DNA from: a virus
DNA: 64,000 nt
Reading direction: 5' to 3' (one strand)
Virus record (IMG/VR): IMGVR_UViG_3300034069_000930
Location: 1-64,000 of that record
Positions 58,350 through 64,000 of the stretch are shown one piece after another; position 1 is the first letter of the stretch; each line of letters starts with the position of its first letter. The position numbers and the translations under genes were made by a program. Under the pieces are notes generated by a model that was given only the letters and a program-made list of their open reading frames with translations, was not told the origin of the DNA and searched no databases.

Positions 58350-59184
58350 TGGCCGCCTCCGACGCGAGGCGGATGGCATTTTCGACGACCTCAACCTTCA
58401 CCACGTCACGGATCAGCGCTCCAGGCCGGGCATTGGCGACATGATCGGTGATGTAGCGAAGGACGCGAGCCTCGCACTCATTGAGGCGGGCGAGGGACTT
58501 GGCCTCCATCCACGAAAGGTCGCCGATCGGCAAATTGCCTCGAACCTTGTAGGTGTCGAAGACAGACTTGAGGAGCGGCGCTTGAGCCGAGACCATAGCA
58601 GCAAGGCCACGAGGCTTGTTGACGGCGGAAGGCCGCCACGGCGCGGGATCGCGCGGAGGTGCGGCGGAAGGGGTAACCTCGACATGGCGCGAAGACGCAT
58701 AGATCTGTTGACCACTCCCGCCGCCGCAGTCGGCGAGGATATCCTCGACGCTGCGTTTCGGGGCAGATCGTGAGGGCACACGAATAATGACCGGAGCGGC
58801 AGAGCTACTATGACCCTCATGATCTGCTTTCGGAGGAGGTGACGAGGGCATGACCCCACTGGTCGAAACAGGCGACGTCTGGCCCCCGTCACCTCCAACT
58901 GATTGACCGGCAGGAGCGCGCAAAACTTGGCCCTGCGGGGCATCGGATGTCTGCCCCCCACCGATCAAACTATCGCCCCGCATGTCCGCGGCGCGCTGCG
59001 TCAGGTACAGTTCCGCGATAGCCGACCGCAGTCCCTCGTCCTTCCGCAAAATTTCTGAGAACTCCTCTCGCGCTTTCTGCGGCGAGATGCCAAAACGAGC
59101 AAGAATGTCATTCGCCATGACGGCCAGCCGCGCCGCATCTGTGTCGATGCCGGCCTTGGCTAAGGCCTCGGAAAAAACGGTCAT
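58336..59184 (-). CDS. hypothetical protein
   Basis: 282-aa ORF with a low-complexity middle region. Confidence 0.55.
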   Translation of the reverse strand: MTVFSEALAKAGIDTDAARLAVMANDILARFGISPQKAREEFSEILRKDEGLRSAIAELYLTQRAADMRGDSLIGGGQTSDAPQGQVLRAPAGQSVGGDGGQTSPVSTSGVMPSSPPPKADHEGHSSSAAPVIIRVPSRSAPKRSVEDILADCGGGSGQQIYASSRHVEVTPSAAPPRDPAPWRPSAVNKPRGLAAMVSAQAPLLKSVFDTYKVRGNLPIGDLSWMEAKSLARLNECEARVLRYITDHVANARPGALIRDVVKVEVVENAIRLASEAANAAA

Positions 59185-59238
59185 GTGATTTCCCTTGGGT
59201 TACGAATTGATAGCACGATCCGCTTCGACGACAAAGCG

Positions 59239-59472
59239 CTAAACTGTATCGACTGTCGCCCTTACCTTCGCTTCATTGACGGCCCTGTTGATCTGCTTGA
59301 GGGTGTTGAGCCCGGCGGTGTGCCGGTCCCTCGGACTGAAGGCGATCGGCACCGCGATCACAGCGCCATGCGCTTCGACGATGACGCGAGGGTGTTTGCC
59401 GCCGGGGATACAGCGCCAGGGGTGGCCGGATGCGTCGAGGGCGCGGCGGACGATGCGGAACTGTTCGCGCAT
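59239..59472 (-). CDS. HicA-like small protein (tentative)
   Basis: 77 aa from ATG 59472 (GAGGA 8 nt upstream). FRIVRRALDASG...GGKHPRVIVEAHGAVIAVPIAF...LNTLKQINR parallels the HicA layout, including the GxxH. Confidence 0.4.
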   Translation of the reverse strand: MREQFRIVRRALDASGHPWRCIPGGKHPRVIVEAHGAVIAVPIAFSPRDRHTAGLNTLKQINRAVNEAKVRATVDTV

Positions 59473-59476
59473 CTCA

Positions 59477-59929
59477 CTAATCCTCATGCCTGACGCTGCG
59501 CACTGGCCCGTGCGCCCATTGACTGTGCGCGATGGCGGCTTCGACGGCTTGGACGGCGGTAGCACCGGCATACAAGGCGCCGAGCGCAGCTTCCGACGCG
59601 GCTCCAAACGCGAGATACGGCACGTCCTCGAAAATCTCGATGCCGTAGGCTGTCAGCAGCTCCGGTGCACCGTTCGGCCGAACGCGCAGCACATGGAACG
59701 CCGCTTCACTCTCGGCCTCTTTGGTGCGCCGAATAGCTGGAGCGTCACCCACGCAGCCCGAGCGCACCCATGCGAGGTACGTTGAGGCATCGGCGGCATT
59801 TCCGGTCGCGCCGTGCAGCGTCCCATCCGGCGCTCGGGCGACCTTGTTGGCGCCGGACTGAATGACACAGCCCTGGAAGTTGCCGCTGTCGGCCGCGAGG
59901 ACTCCGGCACGGTAGGTGATGACAGTCAT
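59477..59929 (-). CDS. HslV/proteasome beta-like Ntn hydrolase
   Basis: 150 aa. MTVITYRAGVLAADSG (Thr2 nucleophile position), SGANKVAR (Lys), GATGNAADAST (compare GFAGGTADAFT of HslV), LAFGAASEAALGAL. Confidence 0.65.
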   Translation of the reverse strand: MTVITYRAGVLAADSGNFQGCVIQSGANKVARAPDGTLHGATGNAADASTYLAWVRSGCVGDAPAIRRTKEAESEAAFHVLRVRPNGAPELLTAYGIEIFEDVPYLAFGAASEAALGALYAGATAVQAVEAAIAHSQWAHGPVRSVRHED

Positions 59930-60150
59930 CGTCCGAAGCTCCCCGTCTGCCGCGACGCAGCCTCAAGCGCCGCCCCTACCGCGATGTCCCGGTCCCGCAG
60001 GAACCTCCCGTCCGGTCCGCGCGGGCGGAGAAGGTTGTGGCGGAGCACCACGACCGTGATCCGACCGGTACCGATGAAGGCAACTGTCTGGGCTGCTAAA
60101 CCGAGAAGGAAGGCCAACGCGACGGTGATGCCGATGTCGAGACCGCTCAT
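59926..60150 (-). CDS. small membrane protein
   Basis: 74 aa. TM IGITVALAFLLGLAAQTVAFIG. ATGA overlaps on both sides. Confidence 0.5.
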   Translation of the reverse strand: MSGLDIGITVALAFLLGLAAQTVAFIGTGRITVVVLRHNLLRPRGPDGRFLRDRDIAVGAALEAASRQTGSFGR

Positions 60151-60776
60151 GGGCAGGGCTCCACGGGGACGAGGCGGGCGCGGGGGATGCCTCGTAGCTT
60201 GCCGTAGGCACTGATAAGGTCGGTCTCCGAATAAGCGCCGTGCATCACCTTGACGAATTCACCCCGCCGAAAATTGTCGCAGCCGAGACGATCAAGGTAT
60301 GCCTCATCCCCCTCCACCCAAAGCTCAGCCGATGCGAGCGGCATCGGGCCATCCTCCGCCGCGAGCGCGAGCGCCTGGTCCCACACCGCTCCGTGCGCGT
60401 GTTTAACGACCGCCCAAGCAGCGTCAGAAGGCAACGCGGCTTCGAAGGTCGACCCGTCCGACGAAGGTATGCCAACGATGTAGCCGCCTTGAGACGCACT
60501 TGGCGCAGCGGCAAGCAGATACTCATCAGGACCGAAATCCTCCGGTCCATCGTAGGCCAACGCTAGCGCCTGCTGTTCAGGGGTCAGGGTAGCGAAAAAG
60601 CCCTGCGAAGCCCGCTGAGGCTGTTCCCGTCCACCGGAGTGAACCGTACACCTCCCAACCCCATTTTGCCCGCCAGCGGTCTCCCCAAGTCCCGCCACGA
60701 GGTCATCGTGCGCGTCCATCACGGCGGCACGGTGGATCGACGACACGAAGCCGCCGCGTTCGATGAGGTCACGCAT
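60147..60776 (-). CDS. hypothetical protein
   Basis: 209-aa ORF. Confidence 0.55.
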   Translation of the reverse strand: MRDLIERGGFVSSIHRAAVMDAHDDLVAGLGETAGGQNGVGRCTVHSGGREQPQRASQGFFATLTPEQQALALAYDGPEDFGPDEYLLAAAPSASQGGYIVGIPSSDGSTFEAALPSDAAWAVVKHAHGAVWDQALALAAEDGPMPLASAELWVEGDEAYLDRLGCDNFRRGEFVKVMHGAYSETDLISAYGKLRGIPRARLVPVEPCP

Positions 60777-60978
60777 GGTCGGGCTCCGGTTCGGTGATGT
60801 CGATCAGTCCCGCCCGCTCAGCGTTAATGATAAGACCGCTGATGGCCTGCTTGAGGTGCATGGACGGCCAGTCGACCGGAAGCTGCTTGTCCAGTCGCTT
60901 CCACTCACGAAGGGTCGTGGTGAGGGTCAGTGTCACCTCGACCTCGTCCGGGTTCTGGATCTGAGACTTAGCGCGCAT
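60769..60978 (-). CDS. hypothetical protein
   Basis: 69-aa ORF. 8-nt overlap downstream. Confidence 0.5.
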   Translation of the reverse strand: MRAKSQIQNPDEVEVTLTLTTTLREWKRLDKQLPVDWPSMHLKQAISGLIINAERAGLIDITEPEPDHA

Positions 60979-61510
60979 GCTCGTCGGCCTCCGTTGCGGG
61001 AGATGGATTGGCGGATGAGGTGGAGATCAGATTGCGGACAAAGTTGACGGCAGACATGATCAAGGCGGCGTTGTGTTTGCCGTTGTCGGAAGGCCCTTCG
61101 AGATCGCCTGCCTCGCAGATGAAATTGTTCTGTCCATCATGCCAGACCTGATCCGGCCGAGCCTGGGGTCCGGTGGAGATGATCTCCCAAGGTCCCGCTG
61201 TAGCCGCCGCGCTCAGTCGCACCAAATCCTCCGGCACCACCGCTGGCATTGCTGCTACGCAATCAGGATCCCCGACCTCCGCCATGCAGGCGAGACAGTC
61301 GCCACCGCAAGATCTGGTCCACGGGCGGCCGGGCTGATCAAGTGGCGTCTCGCAGAGGGTGCAGCATGGCTTGCCCTTCGATGTCAAAGGCACTGACTGC
61401 ATTTCGGAAATCAACCTTCCTCCACGCAAGACAAAGACCTCGCGCTGCAATGCGTTCTCCAGCCCGGCCGCGATTTTGTCGTGTGCTGATTTCACCACCT
61501 CAAACTCCAA
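60968..61510 (-). CDS. Cys-rich protein with Ead/Ea22-like C-terminal half
   Basis: 180 aa. CCTLCE...CGGDCLAC cluster. AGPWEI...FICEAGD...NAALIMSAVNFV resembles Ea22-type early proteins (from memory). Confidence 0.5.
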   Translation of the reverse strand: MEFEVVKSAHDKIAAGLENALQREVFVLRGGRLISEMQSVPLTSKGKPCCTLCETPLDQPGRPWTRSCGGDCLACMAEVGDPDCVAAMPAVVPEDLVRLSAAATAGPWEIISTGPQARPDQVWHDGQNNFICEAGDLEGPSDNGKHNAALIMSAVNFVRNLISTSSANPSPATEADEHAR

Positions 61511-61700
61511 CGGCTTCGGCCGACAGAAGCGACCTCGGAAAGGTTCGGCATCCCCGCAGCTCCGTCGCGAGGTCCGCCGCCAGCGGAAACAGCGCTCGTT
61601 CGACGGCTTCGGTGCCGGCGCGGTGGACTCGGGGGTCCATGGCCTTCCCGCGGGGCGGGAGGGGGCGGTGGACGCGGGCGAAGGGGCGGAACTTAGGCAT
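61500..61700 (-). CDS. hypothetical small protein
   Basis: 66 aa. High GC3. Overlap-coupled on both sides. Confidence 0.4.
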   Translation of the reverse strand: MPKFRPFARVHRPLPPRGKAMDPRVHRAGTEAVERALFPLAADLATELRGCRTFPRSLLSAEAVGV

Positions 61701-62289
61701 TACCGAACCGATCGACCGATCCCGCGCCCTGCATGGCGGCGAACCGAAGCTCGCGCGCCTCCATCACCTCGAGCTTAGCCCTCGCTTCTGTAATTGCGTG
61801 CGGTAGCTCGGCGATATGAAGCGAGGCGTTGCGGATGCGCTTGTGGGCATCTTCTAAAGCCGCCATCACCTCGGAAATTGAAGGGAGGAACTTCGACGTG
61901 CGCCGTAGCTTCCTGAAGCCCTCTGTGATCGCGTAGCGGCTTGGCTGGCAGTCGATAACGTCTTGGGCGAGCTGCGCGCCATACCCAGCCAAATCGCCAC
62001 CGGAAGCGTTCGGCCACGACGACACGAAGATCATCACCTGCTTGCCGATGTCCGCTACGGAGATCGGCGCCATAAGGCCGCGAAGGGCATTGGCTTGCTG
62101 ATTGACTTCCGATTGAAAACGATCGGCTTCGTTAATTGCGCGTCGCAAGCCATCAATTCCGGAGGGGCTGCCAGGCCCGTCGAATATACCCATGCGGACC
62201 TTGCCGGAAGAGACGATCAGATCGTCAATCTGTGAACCTTTGAGGGGCGCGACGGCAGGCAGGTTGAACGAGGTGAGGTGCTGAGACAT
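61693..62289 (-). CDS. hypothetical early protein
   Basis: 198-aa ORF. 1-nt overlap with the upstream gene. Confidence 0.55.
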   Translation of the reverse strand: MSQHLTSFNLPAVAPLKGSQIDDLIVSSGKVRMGIFDGPGSPSGIDGLRRAINEADRFQSEVNQQANALRGLMAPISVADIGKQVMIFVSSWPNASGGDLAGYGAQLAQDVIDCQPSRYAITEGFRKLRRTSKFLPSISEVMAALEDAHKRIRNASLHIAELPHAITEARAKLEVMEARELRFAAMQGAGSVDRFGNA

Positions 62290-63035
62290 CAGTGATTTCC
62301 TTCATTGGCGGCGATGACGCTGGCGATGCCGGCCATGGCAGAGCGAGGCCCAGACATCGGGCGGTCGAAAAGGGAAGCCGGACTAGCTCTCGACGGCGGT
62401 AAGTCGACTGAGGTGTGATCGTCTTTCCATCCGCTTCCGTTGAGCCAAACTAGGGTCGCCGAGATATACTGCGGATCGGTTCCAGTCTTGGAAGCGGCGT
62501 AACTTTTTGCTCCGGTTAAGATATCGAAGAAAAGCTTATCAGGATCAGAACTAGCTTTCATCAACCGATAGAATTTTTCCTCGGCGGGTTGTTTCTTGTC
62601 GCCCTTGCGGTGCGGCAACACCGACCAGAGTTCGCCAAACATCTCGCTGCGCGCACCGGTTGACACCGAGCGGAGCGAGGTAGGGGGGGTAGTTTTCTTA
62701 GGGGTGTGGGGACTTTCTTTTATGGGGGGGTTAAGTCCCTCTCCGTCCTGCTCAGTCCCGCGTTGTCCATTCAAGTCCTGAGGACTTTCGTAGACTTCCG
62801 AAGACATTTTCAAGTCCGCCCGCTGCCTGCGCTTGGCTTCTGCGGCCTTGGTACGCCTAGCTTCGGCTTCGGCATTGGCGGCGATAGCTGCCTGAGCTTG
62901 ATCGGCGACGGCCTGATTTTCAGCCGCGATCACGAGGGCGCGAACCTGTTCCAAGGTTCCGCCAGTCGCAATAAGGGCGTCGATGAGGCCAGACAGCTTC
63001 AAGGGGATTGCCTCACCGAAGTCAGGTAGGAGCAC
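62289..63035 (-). CDS. replisome organiser / helicase-loader-like protein
   Basis: 248 aa. The C-terminal FGELWSVLPHRKGDKK...DPQYISATLVWLNGSGWKDD is a motif I associate with replication proteins encoded next to phage DnaB genes. Confidence 0.5.
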   Translation of the reverse strand: MLLPDFGEAIPLKLSGLIDALIATGGTLEQVRALVIAAENQAVADQAQAAIAANAEAEARRTKAAEAKRRQRADLKMSSEVYESPQDLNGQRGTEQDGEGLNPPIKESPHTPKKTTPPTSLRSVSTGARSEMFGELWSVLPHRKGDKKQPAEEKFYRLMKASSDPDKLFFDILTGAKSYAASKTGTDPQYISATLVWLNGSGWKDDHTSVDLPPSRASPASLFDRPMSGPRSAMAGIASVIAANEGNH

Positions 63036-64000
63036 CCAACGTCACCCCAAAGATGCACGGTGGTCTCAGGGCCCGATCGGTTTTTGCCGATGATCACCTC
63101 GACGTCGTTTCGCACCCGATTGAATTCGGCCACAGCATCAGGGTCGTTCTCGCGATACTTCTGGGATTTGAGAACGTAGTAGGCCGGTCGATAGACGAAG
63201 AGCACTGCATGGGCTTCGTGCTCAATGGCGCCGGAGGAGCGCAGATCCATGAGGCCAGGCCGCTTGTCCTCACGCCCCTCAGTGCCGCGCCCGACCTGAG
63301 CCAGCAACACGATGCAGACGTCCTCAGCGCGGGCGGACGCCTTGAGTGCGTCCATGATGTCCTGGATCTCCATGACGCGCTGGCCGCGGTAGCGGTCGCT
63401 GGCGGCGATCTTGTCGAGGTAGTCGATGAGTACCACCCCGAGCTTGATGCCCTTCGCAGCCATTCGCTTACGCTCGACGTGGATGCGAGACGCAATCTCG
63501 GCGACCGTCATGCGTGGCGGACACTCAGCCACCAGCGGCATGTCGAGGAAAGCTCGCTGCGCGTCTACGATGCGCTCCACATCGACATTGTCGAGCCCAC
63601 TCGCCTCTTGAATCTCAGAGAACGCTATAGGCCTTCGATTGTCATAGACAGCTTGAGCGATATGGCGCGCCTGCAGCTCGTCCTCTGGGATTTCCAGAGA
63701 GATCTCCAGAACGCCTACGCCCTGGTTGGCGACGTTGTGAGCAAGGTTCGTCATCATCACGGTCTTGCCGGCCGCGACGCGAGCCGCGACTACGACGATG
63801 GTCTTTGGCTGAAGGCCTTTCGTGGCCCGGTCCAAGTCGGCGAATCCAGTTGAGATGCCGCGCGGCTTCACCTCGCCCCGCCGGATCGCCTCCATGCGGT
63901 CAACAAGGTGCGCCATGCCCTCGCCCATCTGAAAGCGAGTGCGGGCCCGAGGGGCGCGGTCGATGATGGCTCGGATGCGTTCAAGCGCGCCGGCCGCGAC
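62999..64000 (-). CDS. dnaB: DnaB-type replicative helicase (N-terminus beyond window end)
   Basis: GISTGFADLDRATKGLQP, Walker A AARVAAGKT, VVLIDYLD (Walker B), LLAQVGR. The frame stays open from 63928 to 64000, so the gene continues upstream. Confidence 0.85.
   Translation of the reverse strand, partial: VAAGALERIRAIIDRAPRARTRFQMGEGMAHLVDRMEAIRRGEVKPRGISTGFADLDRATKGLQPKTIVVVAARVAAGKTVMMTNLAHNVANQGVGVLEISLEIPEDELQARHIAQAVYDNRRPIAFSEIQEASGLDNVDVERIVDAQRAFLDMPLVAECPPRMTVAEIASRIHVERKRMAAKGIKLGVVLIDYLDKIAASDRYRGQRVMEIQDIMDALKASARAEDVCIVLLAQVGRGTEGREDKRPGLMDLRSSGAIEHEAHAVLFVYRPAYYVLKSQKYRENDPDAVAEFNRVRNDVEVIIGKNRSGPETTVHLWGDVGCSYLTSVRQSP

Noticed and set aside
1-64000. tRNA, rRNA, CRISPR arrays, integrase or att sites.
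   Set aside because: Reading both strands, I found no cloverleaf-like GTTCGAATC-type arms, no regularly spaced direct repeats, and no tyrosine or serine recombinase motifs. Only a proper tRNAscan or CRISPR finder run would fully exclude them.

Overview
**Overall.** The whole 64 kb window reads as one high-GC (about 60-65% by eye) contractile-tailed phage or prophage. It looks alphaproteobacterial: MucR/Ros, a SWIB protein and a GTA-type 3TM holin-like gene. I saw no host housekeeping genes, rRNA, tRNA, CRISPR array, integrase or att site.

**Layout.**
- **1-14.9 kb, accessory/early region.** It holds two mirror-image RHH repressor cassettes, a DHH/DHHA1 phosphoesterase and an XRE regulator. 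A leftward operon (10095 down to 4603) is headed by a third RHH gene; it carries small secreted or Cys-rich proteins, a GH19-like endolysin, two holin-like genes and a 4-gene membrane module. A rightward operon (10183-14875) carries a T5orf172/GIY-YIG-like gene, a lipoprotein, SWIB, ParB-like and MucR/Ros genes, and a chain of coupled small ORFs.
- **14.9-54.4 kb, minus-strand morphogenesis operon.** In transcription order: TerS, TerL, portal, MuF-like, protease/scaffold, capsid, connectors, sheath, tube, spike/hub, tape measure, baseplate, and at least 5 fibre-like proteins.
- **54.4-64 kb, minus strand.** It holds small membrane proteins, a GIY-YIG endonuclease, DUF551, a NusG-like antiterminator, an IS110-C-terminal-like protein, HicA-like and HslV-like genes, a replisome organiser and DnaB.

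**Most notable observations.**
- An intact IS200/IS605 (tnpA-tnpB) element is inserted exactly at a TGATG stop/start junction in the tail-fibre operon.
- A promoter-plus-terminator unit predicts a ~64-nt antisense RNA opposite the leader of the NusG-like gene.
- A four-palindrome operator array lies over two divergent promoters that share one TATATA -10 box.
- A low-GC opposite-strand moron sits inside the tail operon.
- An orphan HslV-like Ntn peptidase sits in the early region.
- A membrane module ends in a membrane-anchored protein with an RHH-like tail.

**Limits.** No searches were run. All family names come from motifs I could read in the translations. Coordinates of features outside the ORF track were hand-counted and may be off by 1-2 nt.
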